Positions 34,761 through 45,178 of a stretch of 64,000 nucleotides of DNA are shown here, piece by piece. Both the position numbers and the translations under genes were made by a program. Numbering within the stretch: position 1 is the stretch's first letter; every line of letters starts with the position of its first letter. Source of the DNA: Bacillota bacterium (GTDB taxonomy: Bacteria > Bacillota > Sulfobacillia > JAMDAP01 > JAJYMS01); the NCBI GenBank assembly GCA_021786825.1, contig JAJYMS010000134.1, positions 2,470 to 66,469 on the forward strand. Direction: 5' to 3'. The notes beneath the pieces are model-generated. The model was not told the DNA's origin. It did no database searches and was given only the letters and a program-made list of their open reading frames with translations.

Positions 34761-35429
34761 TTGATCGCTTGGTTGGCCAACCTGCTGCGGGAGTTTTTGG
34801 GATACTTTTTCTCGCTGACCGGTAACTACGGGGTAGCGATTATCATCCTGACAGTGGTGGTCCGGGTGATCCTGATTCCCTTCACCGTAAGCCAGATGAA
34901 GGCGATGCGGCGGATGCAAGAGATTCAGCCGATGGTGGAGGAGCTCAAGAAGAAGTTCAAGGGTGACCAGGCGCGAATCAACCAGGAGACCATGGAGATC
35001 TATCGCAAGCAAGGGGTCAATCCGGTGATGGGGTGCTTGCCCCTGTTGCTCCAGTTTCCCGTGCTGATCGCCCTGTTTCAGGCCCTGAACAACCCCGCCT
35101 ACACGCAGACGCCCCTCTTTTTGGGGCTGAACCTGTCTTTGCCGGACGCCACTCACGCGATCACCACCCTGGGACTCGGCTACTACGTGCTGCCGCTCCT
35201 GGCGGCGGTGACGACATACTGGCAGTCGGTGGTGTCGACCCCCCCGAGCAGCGATCCGTCGCAGCGGATGATGCTTTACCTGATGCCGTTGATGATTGGG
35301 TGGTTCAGCCTCCGTTTCGCGGCGGGTTTGTCCGTTTACTGGGTGGTCTCCAACCTGTTCAGCATCGCTCAAGCCTATCTTACACTCAGGGCGAAGCCTA
35401 GAGTGAGGGGGGGTGAAGTGGCGCGATGA
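34761..35429 (+). CDS. yidC: YidC/Oxa1 family membrane protein insertase
   Basis: 222 aa. Motifs are NYGVAIIILTVVVRVILIPFTVSQMKAMRRMQEIQP...YRKQGVNP..GCLPLLLQ.P. Confidence 0.9.
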   Translation: MIAWLANLLREFLGYFFSLTGNYGVAIIILTVVVRVILIPFTVSQMKAMRRMQEIQPMVEELKKKFKGDQARINQETMEIYRKQGVNPVMGCLPLLLQFPVLIALFQALNNPAYTQTPLFLGLNLSLPDATHAITTLGLGYYVLPLLAAVTTYWQSVVSTPPSSDPSQRMMLYLMPLMIGWFSLRFAAGLSVYWVVSNLFSIAQAYLTLRAKPRVRGGEVAR

Positions 35430-36046
35430 GGTCGGTGGAGAAGCGGGGGCGGTCGGTCGAGGAGGCGGTGGGGATGGCCCTCGCCGAACTCGGGGTAGAC
35501 CGCGAGGAAGCGCGGGTCGAGGTACTGGAAGAGCCGAGCAAGGGCCTTTTCGGGCTGATCGGAGCCAAGGAGGCTCGCGTGCTGGTGACCTGGGCTCCGG
35601 GGAAGCAGGAGGTGGCCGAGCGCCTCGTCCGCGAGATTGCCGGGGCGATGGGCCTCGTGGTCCAGGTCGTGGCGAGAGTGGAGGAGGATTACATCCACCT
35701 CGATGTGCAGGGACCGGACCTGGCGGTGCTGATCGGGCGCCACGGACAGACCCTGGAGGCGCTGCAGTACCTGGTGAACCTGGCGGTCTCCCGGGTTTCG
35801 GACGAGCGGCGACGCGTGCTGCTGGACGTCGAGGGATACCGGCGGCGGAGGGAGGAGACCCTGCAGCGGCTGGCGGCGAGGTTGGCTGAACAAGTGCGGC
35901 GCAGCGGGCAGAGCGTGGCGCTGGAACCGATGAGCGCGCATGAGCGGAGGGTGATTCACGTCACCCTGCAGGACCACCCCGGGGTGACGACGCGGAGCGA
36001 GGGAGAGGAGCCCTACCGGAAGATCGTGATATCGGCGAAGAAGTAG
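35426..36046 (+). CDS. jag: Jag/KhpB RNA-binding protein (Jag_N, KH, R3H)
   Basis: 206 aa. It has the N-terminal GRSVEEAVGMALAELGV, the KH motif LIGRHGQTLEALQYL, and the R3H motif ...MSAHERRVIHVTL. Confidence 0.88.
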   Translation: MRSVEKRGRSVEEAVGMALAELGVDREEARVEVLEEPSKGLFGLIGAKEARVLVTWAPGKQEVAERLVREIAGAMGLVVQVVARVEEDYIHLDVQGPDLAVLIGRHGQTLEALQYLVNLAVSRVSDERRRVLLDVEGYRRRREETLQRLAARLAEQVRRSGQSVALEPMSAHERRVIHVTLQDHPGVTTRSEGEEPYRKIVISAKK

Positions 36047-36050
36047 GGAG

Positions 36051-36078
36051 GCCACCCTCGAGGGTGGCTTTCTTCTTT
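36051..36078 (+). terminator. possible terminator/attenuator between jag and mnmE
   Basis: Perfect palindrome GCCACCCTCGAGGGTGGC (36051-36068) followed by TTTCTTCTTT. Confidence 0.4.
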
Positions 36079-36093
36079 CCGGGGGTGGCGGAT

Positions 36094-37467
36094 GTGGAAG
36101 AAACGATTGCGGCCGTGGCGACGGCACCGGGGGAGGCGGCCCTGGCGATCGTCCGGGTGAGCGGCCCCGAGGCACTGCCGATCGTCGCGCGGGTGTTTCG
36201 GCCGGAACGGACTTCGCGGGAGACCTGGCGGGAGTCCCACCGGGTGAGCCACGGGTGGGTGCTCGACGAGGGCGGGCGGGAGTTGGATGAGGTGCTGGTG
36301 GTGGTCATGCGGGCGCCTCGGACCTACACCCGGGAGGACGTCGTGGAGATCGGGTGCCATGGCGGAGTGGCGGTCTCCCGCGGGATTCTGCGGGCGCTGC
36401 TGGAGGCGGGCGCGCGTCTGGCCGCGCCGGGGGAGTTCACCCGCCGGGCTTTTCTGAACGGGCGGATGGATTTGACGCAGGTGGAGGCGGTGATGGACCT
36501 GATTTCGTCCCGCACGCGGCGGAGCGCGCGCGCGGCGGCGGCGAGGCTGGCCGGCAAGCTGGCGGAGCGCGTCCGGGAAGCGCGGCGGCTGGTGTTCGAC
36601 CTGCTGGCGGAACTGGAGGCGCGGATCGATTTTCCGGAAGAAGGCCTTGGTGAACTCCCGGCGGAATGGGCGCGGGAGACCCTGCAGGGAATTCGCGACC
36701 GGGTGGGCCGCCTGCTGGCGACAGCCGGGCGGGGGCGGGCGCTGCGGGAAGGGGTCCGGACGGTGCTGGCGGGAAGGCCCAACGTGGGGAAGAGTTCGCT
36801 GCTGAACGCGCTGTTGGGGGAAGACCGGGCGATTGTCTCAGAAATCGCCGGCACCACGCGGGACTACCTGGAGGAGAACCTGAGCATCGGCGGGGTCCCC
36901 CTGGTCCTGGTCGACACAGCGGGGATCGGGCAGGGCGGCGGCCCGCTCGACCAGCTCGGCGTGGAACGGGCGCGGCGGCTCATAAGGGAGGCCGACCTGG
37001 TGGTGGTGGTCCTGGATGACGCGGCCGGACTGCGGCCCGAGGACCGGGAAATCCTGGCCCTGCTCAAGGACCGACCGTGCGTGGTGGCCTTGAACAAGGC
37101 AGACCTGGGGCGCCAGGCGGTTGATGCGGCGGCGGTCGGAGAAGTACTGGACGACGCGCCGGTGGTGAGGGTTTCGGCGGCGACCGGGCAGGGGTTGAAA
37201 GAACTGGAAGAGGCGGTCCAGGCTCGGGTTGGTCTGGAGGGACCCGACGAGGCTGCGCTGGTGGGCAACCTGCGGCAGGAGGCGGCGCTACGTCGGGGGC
37301 TGGAGGCCTTAGACGGCGGTCTGGAGGCGCTCCGGGAGGAGCGGCCGTGGGACCTGGTAGCGGTGGATCTGCGGGAGGCCTATGAGGCCCTGGGCGAAGT
37401 CACCGGCGAGAGCGGCGGGGCTGATCTCGTGGCGGAGATCTTCAGCCGCTTTTGTATCGGCAAGTAA
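36094..37467 (+). CDS. mnmE: tRNA modification GTPase MnmE
   Basis: Starts ...[22 protein letters not shown].... The G-domain reads [15 protein letters not shown]...DTAG. The C-terminus is CIGK. GTG 36094 was chosen after the hairpin (the ORF track starts at 36064). Confidence 0.92.
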   Translation: MEETIAAVATAPGEAALAIVRVSGPEALPIVARVFRPERTSRETWRESHRVSHGWVLDEGGRELDEVLVVVMRAPRTYTREDVVEIGCHGGVAVSRGILRALLEAGARLAAPGEFTRRAFLNGRMDLTQVEAVMDLISSRTRRSARAAAARLAGKLAERVREARRLVFDLLAELEARIDFPEEGLGELPAEWARETLQGIRDRVGRLLATAGRGRALREGVRTVLAGRPNVGKSSLLNALLGEDRAIVSEIAGTTRDYLEENLSIGGVPLVLVDTAGIGQGGGPLDQLGVERARRLIREADLVVVVLDDAAGLRPEDREILALLKDRPCVVALNKADLGRQAVDAAAVGEVLDDAPVVRVSAATGQGLKELEEAVQARVGLEGPDEAALVGNLRQEAALRRGLEALDGGLEALREERPWDLVAVDLREAYEALGEVTGESGGADLVAEIFSRFCIGK

Positions 37468-37501
37468 GAGTGGGGGCCCGCCGGAAAAAGGGAGTGGGGC
37501 G

Positions 37502-39385
37502 TTGAGGCGGCAGGACTACGAGGTCATTGTGGTGGGCGCGGGACATGCCGGGTGCGAGGCTGGGTTGGCGGCGGCGAGGATGGGGTGCCACACGCTGGTG
37601 CTGGCCACGAACCTGGAGACAGTGGCCCTGATGGCCTGCAACCCGTCGGTGGGAGGTCCGGCGAAGGCGCACCTGGTGCGCGAGATCGACGCCCTCGGTG
37701 GGGAGATGGCCTTGAATACCGACGCCAGCGCCCTGCAGACGCGGCGGCTGAACACGGGGAAAGGGCAGGCCGTCCAGGCCTTGCGCGCCCAGTGCGACAA
37801 GCGGTCCTACCAGCGGCGGATGCGCCTGGTGTTGGAGCGCCAGGCCGGCCTGGAACTGCGGCAGGGGATGGCGTCGGAGATTCTGCTGGAGGAGGGCCGG
37901 GTCCGAGGGGTGGCTACGCACACGGGGGTGGAATACGGCGCCCAGGCGGTGGTATTGGCCACCGGGACGTACCTGGAGGGCCGGACGATCACGGGAAACC
38001 ACCAGTTGGTGTCGGGTCCCGCCGGGCAGGTAGCGGCGCGGGGGCTGTCGGCGGCTCTGGCCCGGGCGGGGATTCGTTGGCGGCGCTTTAAGACCGGCAC
38101 GTCGCCGCGAATCGATGGCTCCACGGTGGATTACGCGCGGATGGTCGAGCAGCCTGGCGACGTGGAGCCGGAAGCGTTCTCCTTCCTTACGCGCCCGCGG
38201 CGCCGGCACCAGCTTTCCTGCTGGCTAACCTACACCACCGCCCGGAGCCATGAGCTGATCCGCCAAAACCTCTACCGGGCTCCCCTTTACACCGGGAAAA
38301 TCGTCGGTGTAGGGCCTCGTTACTGCCCTTCGATCGAGGACAAGGTGGTGCGGTTTGCGGAGAAGGGGCGGCACCAGATCTTTCTGGAGCCGGAGGGGCG
38401 GGACACGCGGGAGATGTACGTGGCGGGGCTGTCCACCTCGCTGCCGGAGGAGGTCCAATGGGAAGTGTTGCGGAGCATCCCGGGGCTCGAGCGGGCGGAG
38501 ATAATGCGCCCCGGGTACGCCATCGAGTACGATTGCCTGGATCCCCTGCAACTGCTGGCCTCGCTGGAGGTCCGGGGCATCCGGGGGCTCTTTTCGGCGG
38601 GGCAGGTGAACGGCACGTCGGGCTACGAGGAGGCGGCCGGGCAGGGGCTGCTGGCGGGAATCAACGCGGCGCTGCGAGTGCGGCGACGGGCTCCCCTGGT
38701 GTTGACCCGAGACCGGGCCTACCTGGGGGTGCTGGTTGACGACCTGGTGACAAAAGGAGCCGAGGAACCCTACCGGCTCTTGACCGCGCGGGCGGAGTAC
38801 CGATTGCTGCTCCGGGAGGGGAATGCCGACCTCCGTTTGACCGAGCTGGGGCGGGAGGTGGGACTGGTCGACGACGCTCGCTACGCGGCTTTCCTGGAGC
38901 GCCGGGAAGCGATCCGGCGGGAGCGGGAGAGGCTCGAACATACGATCGTCCCCGTCTCGGAGGGCGTCAACGAGGTGTTGGGAAGGGGCGGAGCCGCCCC
39001 GCTCTCCGCCCCGCCAAGTGCCGCCACGCTGCTGCGGCGGCCTCAGGTGGGCTACCGGGACCTGGTCGAAATGGGTGCGGGCGTGAGGGGACTGGGGTTG
39101 TCGGTGGAGCGCGAGGTCGAGGCGGCCGTGAAATACGCGGGCTACATTGCCAGGCAGGAGGGCCAGGTGGCCCGGATGCTGCGGCTGGAAGGAATGAAGA
39201 TCCCCGGGGACGTGGACTACTCAGCGATTCGCGCGTTGTCGAGGGAGGCGCGGGAGAAGCTTGCGGCGGCCCGGCCGGAGAATCTGGGCCAGGCCATGAG
39301 GATGTCCGGGGTATCGCCGGCGGATCTCAGCGTCTTGGCCGTCTACCTCGAGGCTCGCCGCCGGGGAGGTGGGCGCGATGTTTGA
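37502..39385 (+). CDS. mnmG: tRNA uridine 5-carboxymethylaminomethyl modification enzyme MnmG
   Basis: TTG 37502 with a GGGAG RBS. The sequence [24 protein letters not shown] is an FAD-binding motif. The ORF-track start 37382 lies inside mnmE. Confidence 0.93.
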   Translation: MRRQDYEVIVVGAGHAGCEAGLAAARMGCHTLVLATNLETVALMACNPSVGGPAKAHLVREIDALGGEMALNTDASALQTRRLNTGKGQAVQALRAQCDKRSYQRRMRLVLERQAGLELRQGMASEILLEEGRVRGVATHTGVEYGAQAVVLATGTYLEGRTITGNHQLVSGPAGQVAARGLSAALARAGIRWRRFKTGTSPRIDGSTVDYARMVEQPGDVEPEAFSFLTRPRRRHQLSCWLTYTTARSHELIRQNLYRAPLYTGKIVGVGPRYCPSIEDKVVRFAEKGRHQIFLEPEGRDTREMYVAGLSTSLPEEVQWEVLRSIPGLERAEIMRPGYAIEYDCLDPLQLLASLEVRGIRGLFSAGQVNGTSGYEEAAGQGLLAGINAALRVRRRAPLVLTRDRAYLGVLVDDLVTKGAEEPYRLLTARAEYRLLLREGNADLRLTELGREVGLVDDARYAAFLERREAIRRERERLEHTIVPVSEGVNEVLGRGGAAPLSAPPSAATLLRRPQVGYRDLVEMGAGVRGLGLSVEREVEAAVKYAGYIARQEGQVARMLRLEGMKIPGDVDYSAIRALSREAREKLAAARPENLGQAMRMSGVSPADLSVLAVYLEARRRGGGRDV

Positions 39386-40094
39386 GCGCGCGCTGACCCG
39401 AGGGGCGGCGGAGATCGGGCTGGCGGTCAGTGGCTCCCAAATCGAGTTGTTCAGGCGGTTCTACGAGTTGGTCCGGATCGGTAACCAGAAGATCAACCTG
39501 ACCGCCATCACCGGCGAGCGGGAGGCCGCGGTAAAGCACTTCGTGGATTCCCTGACCTGCTTGCTGGTGGTGGATCCGCCGCGCGGCGCGCGGCTCGCCG
39601 ACGTGGGGAGCGGCGCCGGGTTTCCGGGGGTGGTGCTGAAGGTGGCGCGGCCCGACCTGCAGGTCACGCTGGTCGAGTCGGTGCGAAAAAAGGCGGCCTT
39701 TCTGGAGGAAGCGGTGCGCGAACTGGCGCTGGCAGGGGTTCGGGTGGCGGGGCTCCGGGCGGAGGAGTTGGGGCGAAAGGACGGCGAGCGGGAGGCCTAC
39801 GAGGTGGTGACGGCCAGGGGCGTCGCCGCGCTGCCGGTGGTCTGCGAGTACTGTCTACCACTGGTCAAAGTGGGCGGGCATTTCGTATCCTTCAAGGGGC
39901 CGGACGTGGGGCGGGAGGTTGACGGCGGACGGCGGGCGGCCGGGAGGCTGGGCGCCGAACTTGAGGAATTGCATCGGGTGACGCTGCCGGAAGGGGCAGG
40001 GGAACGGGTCCTGGTCGTGTTCAGGAAGGTCGGCGCCGGCCCCGCTGAATATCCCCGGGATCCGTCGCGGGTGAAGCGAAGGCCGCTGGGGTAG
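39378..40094 (+). CDS. rsmG: 16S rRNA (guanine527-N7)-methyltransferase RsmG
   Basis: Motifs are ...[20 protein letters not shown]...[13 protein letters not shown]...ARGVA. ATG 39378 follows GGAGG. Confidence 0.9.
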   Translation: MFERALTRGAAEIGLAVSGSQIELFRRFYELVRIGNQKINLTAITGEREAAVKHFVDSLTCLLVVDPPRGARLADVGSGAGFPGVVLKVARPDLQVTLVESVRKKAAFLEEAVRELALAGVRVAGLRAEELGRKDGEREAYEVVTARGVAALPVVCEYCLPLVKVGGHFVSFKGPDVGREVDGGRRAAGRLGAELEELHRVTLPEGAGERVLVVFRKVGAGPAEYPRDPSRVKRRPLG

Positions 40095-40195
40095 CGAGCG
40101 GCGAATAACAAGTTTTTACTGAGCAGGAAGCCTTCTGGCGGCAGCGAATAGGTAGGTAGGCTGGGCGCCCCTAAGGGGCGCGGCGGAGGCGCAGG

Positions 40196-40972
40196 ATGGG
40201 ACGGGTAATCGCAATCGCCAATCAAAAGGGCGGAGTGGGAAAGACCACCACAACGGTGAACCTGGCCGCGGGGCTGGCGGAGCTGGGCAAGCGGGTGCTG
40301 GCCGTGGATATCGATCCGCAGGGCAACACCACCAGCGGGCTGGGCGTGGACAAGCGGTCCTTGAGTCAGTCCATCTACGATGTGCTGATCGAGGAGCTCC
40401 CGCTGAGCCAGGCGAGCGTCCGCACCGGCGTCCAGGGTTTGTGGCTGCTCCCCTCCAGCATCGATCTTGCGGGGGCCGAGATCGAACTCGTGCCCGCGAT
40501 TTCCCGGGAGACGAAGCTGAAGCGGGCGCTGGAACCGGTGCGGGAGGGGTATGACTTCGTGCTGGTAGACTGTCCGCCTTCGCTCGGCCTGCTGACCGTG
40601 AATGCCCTGACCGCGGCCGATTCGCTGCTGATTCCGATCCAGTGCGAGTACTACGCCCTGGAGGGGTTGAGCCAGTTGATGAACACGTTCAAGCTGGTCC
40701 AGGGGAACCTGAACCCCCGGCTGGAGATCGAGGGCGTGGTGCTGACGATGTTCGACGGGCGCACCAACCTGTCCATTCAAGTGGTGGATGAGGTCAAGCG
40801 GTTCTTCCGCGGCAAGGTGTACCGGAGCATTATTACGCGAAACGTTCGCCTCAGCGAGGCCCCGAGCCACGGGAAGCCGATCGGGATGTACGACCCCAGG
40901 TCGAAGGGGGCGGAATTGTACCGGGAGTTGGCACGGGAGGTGGCTGAGAGTGTCGCGGAGAGGGTTGGGTAA
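40196..40972 (+). CDS. soj: ParA/Soj chromosome-partitioning ATPase
   Basis: 258 aa. The deviant Walker A is IAIANQKGGVGKTTTTVNLA. Other motifs are ...DCPPSLG.LT.NAL.A. Confidence 0.93.
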   Translation: MGRVIAIANQKGGVGKTTTTVNLAAGLAELGKRVLAVDIDPQGNTTSGLGVDKRSLSQSIYDVLIEELPLSQASVRTGVQGLWLLPSSIDLAGAEIELVPAISRETKLKRALEPVREGYDFVLVDCPPSLGLLTVNALTAADSLLIPIQCEYYALEGLSQLMNTFKLVQGNLNPRLEIEGVVLTMFDGRTNLSIQVVDEVKRFFRGKVYRSIITRNVRLSEAPSHGKPIGMYDPRSKGAELYRELAREVAESVAERVG

Positions 40973-41840
40973 GGGTTTAGGGGCGCTGCTGCCGGAACTG
41001 GGGGAGGGGGAGCGGCCGGGAGCCCACGAGATTGAGATCCGGCGGATCAAGGCGAACCCGAGACAGCCTCGGCGCCACTTCGACGCCCAGCGGCTGGAGG
41101 AACTTGCCCAGTCGATCAGGGAGCACGGGGTGGTGCAGCCGCTGGTTGTGCGGCCGGTGGCGGAGGGGTTCGAACTGGTCGCCGGGGAGCGTCGCTGGCG
41201 GGCCGCCGGGATGGCGGGGCTGGCGGTCGTGCCCGCGGTGGTGAGGGAACTATCCGATGCCCAGGTCGTGGAGATCGCCCTGATCGAGAACTTGCAGCGG
41301 GAGGATCTGAACCCCATTGAGGAGGCGCAGGGGTTTCGACGGCTGATCGAGGAGTTCGGGCTGAGCCAGGAGGACCTGGCCCGCCGCCTGGGGAAGAGCC
41401 GCCCGCAGGTCAGCAACACGCTGAGGTTGCTCAACCTGTCTTCCGGCCTGCAGGAGCAGGTCGCCGGGGGCCAACTGTCGGTCGGGCACGCCAAAGTGCT
41501 GCTGTCCCTGGAGAGCCTCCGGGCGCAGGAGGAACTGGCCCTGAAGGTGGTGGCGAAGAACCTTTCGGTTCGGCAAACGGAGGAGGCGGCGCGCGGCTTG
41601 GCCCTTCGGGCGGCCAAGGGAGCGGCGGAGGCGGTGGCCGCGGCCGGGGCGCCGAGGCGGCAGACCGGCGCGGGCGGGCGCGACCCGGAGCTGGCGTCGC
41701 TGGAGGGGAGGCTGCGGGCGCGGCTGGGGACGCCGGTGACAATTATTTCGGGGCAGCCGAAGGGCCGGGTCGAGATAGCCTTCTTCGGGGCGGCCGACCT
41801 GGGCCGCATCATCGAGGTTCTCTTAGGCCCTGGGGCGTAG
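40950..41840 (+). CDS. spo0J: ParB/Spo0J chromosome-partitioning protein
   Basis: GTG 40950 gives MSRRGLGKGLGALLP.... Motifs are ...NPRQPR..FD...L.ELA.SI...G..QP..VR, ...GERRWRAA, and the HTH motif SQEDLARRLGKSRPQVSNTLRLL. Confidence 0.92.
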   Translation: MSRRGLGKGLGALLPELGEGERPGAHEIEIRRIKANPRQPRRHFDAQRLEELAQSIREHGVVQPLVVRPVAEGFELVAGERRWRAAGMAGLAVVPAVVRELSDAQVVEIALIENLQREDLNPIEEAQGFRRLIEEFGLSQEDLARRLGKSRPQVSNTLRLLNLSSGLQEQVAGGQLSVGHAKVLLSLESLRAQEELALKVVAKNLSVRQTEEAARGLALRAAKGAAEAVAAAGAPRRQTGAGGRDPELASLEGRLRARLGTPVTIISGQPKGRVEIAFFGAADLGRIIEVLLGPGA

Positions 41841-41856
41841 GGCGGTAGGCGGGCCG

Positions 41857-41882
41857 GGGGGCGTTCCACGTGGAACGCCCCC
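41857..41882. promoter_or_regulatory. parS-like palindrome that also forms the spo0J terminator stem
   Basis: 26-bp perfect palindrome GGGGGCGTTCCACGTGGAACGCCCCC. Its core GTTCCACGTGGAAC (41863-41876) differs from the parS core GTTTCACGTGAAAC by one symmetric change. TTCAATTT follows. Confidence 0.45.
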
Positions 41883-42125
41883 TTCAATTTCGGGCAAGAA
41901 GACCAACCCCCAGGGGGGGGCACTATCCCCAGGCTGGCGAACGTATGCTCGGATCGCGACGGGGCACCCCCCGGGGCGCCGGACCGGATTCGCCTCGTGC
42001 CGCCCGCCTGATTTCCTTCGCGCCGTCCCCCAGACGCGGAAAGGAGTTGTCGAAAACGCCTCGAATACTATTTTGTCGCGCCGTCGGTGCGACGACTTCT
42101 TGATGGCGGGAGTGAGAGCCCGAGC

Positions 42126-42650
42126 ATGAACTGGCTGAACGCCTTCGATCCCCTCTCATGGCTTACCGCCTACCAGCCCCTGGTCTCGCTGGCCGCGGCA
42201 GGGCTCGGCCTGATGGGCTGTGCCCTGGCGCTCGCCTGCCTCCGGGGAAACCGCCGCGCCGCTCGCAGATACCGGCACCTTCTGGCCGGTCCGACCGGGG
42301 TAGACCTCGACTCCGCCCTCGTGCAACAGGCGGACAGGATCAATTCCCTGTCGAAGGCGGTCGCGGACGTGGGACAACGCGGCCGGGCCCTCGAAGAGGC
42401 CTCCCGGACTCATCTTCAGCATATCGGCGTGGTGCGTTATAACGCCTTCGATGACGTGGGCAGCGACCTCAGCTTCTCCATTGCGATCGTAGACGGCGAG
42501 GGGGACGGCCTCGTCATCTCCAGCCTCTACGGCCGGGACGAATCCCGCGCCTACGCGAAGCCGGTGCGCAGGGGAGAATCCACCTATCCGCTGTCCCCGG
42601 AGGAGCGCCGGGCCATCGCGGGCGCGCTTGAACGGCAGGCCCACCGCTGA
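42126..42650 (+). CDS. DUF4446 family protein
   Basis: It has an N-terminal TM helix, then ...GVVRYNAFDDVGSDLSFSIAIVDGEGDGLVISSLYGRDESRAYAKPV..GES.YPLSPEE..A. It occupies the conserved position after spo0J in Firmicutes. Confidence 0.8.
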   Translation: MNWLNAFDPLSWLTAYQPLVSLAAAGLGLMGCALALACLRGNRRAARRYRHLLAGPTGVDLDSALVQQADRINSLSKAVADVGQRGRALEEASRTHLQHIGVVRYNAFDDVGSDLSFSIAIVDGEGDGLVISSLYGRDESRAYAKPVRRGESTYPLSPEERRAIAGALERQAHR

Positions 42651-42750
42651 GCTTTTTCCCGGATTGTGTCTCTCCCGGCAGGAAGGTGGCAAAAATATGG
42701 CGAAGCTCTCCTAGGCCCTGGACTTTCCAGGGCCCAGGTGGTGACAAGCG

Positions 42751-43860
42751 ATGTGGAGGAAGCGGGAAGCGACCAAACGCCCTCCTGACCGCAAACGGTA
42801 CTTTACCATCATGCTGGTCCCCCACTCGGAAAAGGCGGTCCTTAGCTTTCGCATTCCCTGGTATTTCCTCGAACTTCTTTTCGCGCTGCTGGGCGCCGCG
42901 GCCATTGCGTTGCTGGTCTTTACCAATTCCTATCAGAAGATGTCGTCGGACCTGTTCCAGTTGCAGCAACTGCGACGGCTTTCGCAGGAGCAGAAAGAAC
43001 AGATTGACTTTCTGTCCCAGCAAGCCCAGGAGGTCCAGCAGAACCTGCGCAAAGTGGAGGAACTGGAAACCCAGGTCCGCAAGCTGATGAAACTGGACGC
43101 CTCCGCCGCTCAACCGCCCCCTGGGAGTGACACCCTGGCCGCCTCGGACCGGGTGCTCCCGGACCTGCGGGAGCGGCTCCTATCCGGCGATTCTGGCGGC
43201 ACCACGCGCTACCGCCCCGACGCTCGCGACTTCGCCCGCGGGGGCGACCTTGGGGTCGGCGGCCCGGCGCTGGCGTCGGCCCGCTCCGGCGCGGCCCTGG
43301 ACCTGGCCAGCGTGGCCAGCCTCTACCAGACGCTGGCCAGCCTGTCCACCGGCCAGCAGGCCCTGGAGGCGCAACGGGACTTCCGGCAGGCCCAGCAGCA
43401 AAGCCAGGCGCTGGTGGATAGCCTGCAAAAGCTCAAACAGGCGGTGGCCGAACAGCAGGCTTTCCTTGCCGCCAAGCCGAGCCTGTGGCCGACGGCGGGA
43501 GAGATCAGTTCGGGCTTCGGCTACCGCAGCAACCCGTACGGATGGGGTAGCGAATTCCACTCCGGAGTGGACATCGCCGCCCCTTTCGGCACCCCGGTGC
43601 TGGCCACGGGTGACGGAACGGTTGAGTTTTCCGGCTGGGCGCCGGGCTATGGCCAGAAGATCGAAATCAGCCACGGATACGCATTTGGCACTGCCTACGG
43701 CCACCTATCCCGGCGGCTCGTCCGGGTGGGAGACCACGTGAGGAAGGGGCAGGAAATAGGCTTGGTGGGGTCCACCGGCCGCAGCACGGGGCCGCACGTG
43801 CACTACGAGGTCCTGATCAACGGCCAGTTTACCAACCCGGTCAACTACCTGAGCGAATAA
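42751..43860 (+). CDS. M23 family metallopeptidase with N-terminal TM helix and coiled coil
   Basis: 369 aa. Motifs are ...FHSGVDIAAPFGTPVLATGDGTV...GHLSRRLVRVGD.V.KGQEIGLVGSTGRSTGPHVHYEV. Confidence 0.88.
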   Translation: MWRKREATKRPPDRKRYFTIMLVPHSEKAVLSFRIPWYFLELLFALLGAAAIALLVFTNSYQKMSSDLFQLQQLRRLSQEQKEQIDFLSQQAQEVQQNLRKVEELETQVRKLMKLDASAAQPPPGSDTLAASDRVLPDLRERLLSGDSGGTTRYRPDARDFARGGDLGVGGPALASARSGAALDLASVASLYQTLASLSTGQQALEAQRDFRQAQQQSQALVDSLQKLKQAVAEQQAFLAAKPSLWPTAGEISSGFGYRSNPYGWGSEFHSGVDIAAPFGTPVLATGDGTVEFSGWAPGYGQKIEISHGYAFGTAYGHLSRRLVRVGDHVRKGQEIGLVGSTGRSTGPHVHYEVLINGQFTNPVNYLSE

Positions 43861-43877
43861 GTGGGGGGCGAGCCAAC

Positions 43878-44267
43878 ATGTTCGGCAAACGTGAGCTTGA
43901 GGGATCGGCCGACCGGGTCGAGACACTGTTGGGGAGGAGCACCGAATTCCGCGGTGCTCTGATCTCCAGCGGCCACGTGCGGATCGACGGCAAACTCGAG
44001 GGAGAGATCAGCCACGCCGGAGAGCTGATCATCGGTGAGTCGGCGAGCGTCACGGCCAACATTAAGACCAAGTCGCTGACCGTGGCCGGGCACGTCAAAG
44101 GGAACATCGATTGCGAAGGGCGGCTTGAACTGGTCAACACCGCCCGGATCTTCGGGGACATCAAGGTGGGGCAACTGGTGATCGCCGACGGCGCGGTTTT
44201 CCAGGGGGTAAGTTCCATGCGCTCGGCGGAACCAGCCGCGCCGCGCCCCAACCCCAAGCCGGCCTGA
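43878..44267 (+). CDS. bactofilin (polymer-forming cytoskeletal protein)
   Basis: 129 aa. It has a beta-helix repeat pattern: G.V.IDGKLEGEI...GELIIGESASVTANIKTKSLTVAGHVKGNI.C.GRLEL...A.I.GDI. Confidence 0.85.
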   Translation: MFGKRELEGSADRVETLLGRSTEFRGALISSGHVRIDGKLEGEISHAGELIIGESASVTANIKTKSLTVAGHVKGNIDCEGRLELVNTARIFGDIKVGQLVIADGAVFQGVSSMRSAEPAAPRPNPKPA

Positions 44268-44285
44268 CCCGGGCGGGACGGCGGC

Positions 44286-45167
44286 ATGAGGGTCTGCTAC
44301 GTCGTCAACCCGGCAGCCGGACGGGGCCGCACAGAGAAGCTTTGGCCGCCGCTGGGCCGCCGGCTTCAAGCGGAAGGTTATGAATTCGACGTCCTCTACA
44401 CCAGTCGACCCCGCGAGGCTACCGAATTGGCCCGCCAGGCGGCCCGGGAGGGCTACGACCGCGTGGCGGCGGTCGGCGGCGACGGTACCGCCTGTGAGGT
44501 CGGGGAAGGGTTGGTAGGAAGCGACGCCGCGCTGGTGCTTGTCCCCTGCGGGACGGGAAACGACCTGCGCAAGCCGCTGGGGGTGCCGAAAGACCCCCTG
44601 GCGGCGGCCCGCTTGGCCTTCATGGGCGCGCCACGGCCGATGGACGTCGGCCAGGTTGGTGCGCGTTACTTCCTGAACGTCGCCGGCGTCGGCTTCGACG
44701 CCGAGGTGGCGCGAGAGGTCAACCGCCTGCCGAAGTATTTTGGGGGGACTGTCCCCTACCTGTGGGGGGTAGCCAAGAAGCTCACCAGTCACCGTTCGGT
44801 TCCGATGCGAATCGACGCCGACGGGCAGGTCATCGAGGAGCGCGTGTACCTGCTGGCCCTCGGCAACGGTCAGTGGTACGGGGCCGGAATGAAGATCACC
44901 CCGGACGCGGTCATCGATGACGGCCTCTTTGACGTGGTGTACGCGGTGGACTTCAACGCCTGGGACGCGATCCTGACCGTGCCAAAGGTATATTCCGGGG
45001 CGCACCTGGGCCATCCCAAGCTCCGGCAACTGCGGGCCCGGCGGGTGCAGATCACCGCCGACCAGCCGGTGGCCTACCACATCGACGGAGAGGAACAAGG
45101 TTACCTGCCGGCCACCTTCGGTATCATCCCCCGGGCCCTCCAGGTCGTCGTCCCCCCGACCCCGTAG
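44286..45167 (+). CDS. diacylglycerol kinase family lipid kinase (YegS/BmrU type)
   Basis: 293 aa. Motifs are ...VVNPAAGRGR...DRVAAVGGDGTACEV..GL...LVLVPCGTGNDL. Confidence 0.85.
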   Translation: MRVCYVVNPAAGRGRTEKLWPPLGRRLQAEGYEFDVLYTSRPREATELARQAAREGYDRVAAVGGDGTACEVGEGLVGSDAALVLVPCGTGNDLRKPLGVPKDPLAAARLAFMGAPRPMDVGQVGARYFLNVAGVGFDAEVAREVNRLPKYFGGTVPYLWGVAKKLTSHRSVPMRIDADGQVIEERVYLLALGNGQWYGAGMKITPDAVIDDGLFDVVYAVDFNAWDAILTVPKVYSGAHLGHPKLRQLRARRVQITADQPVAYHIDGEEQGYLPATFGIIPRALQVVVPPTP

Positions 45168-45178
45168 TTCGCGCAGCC

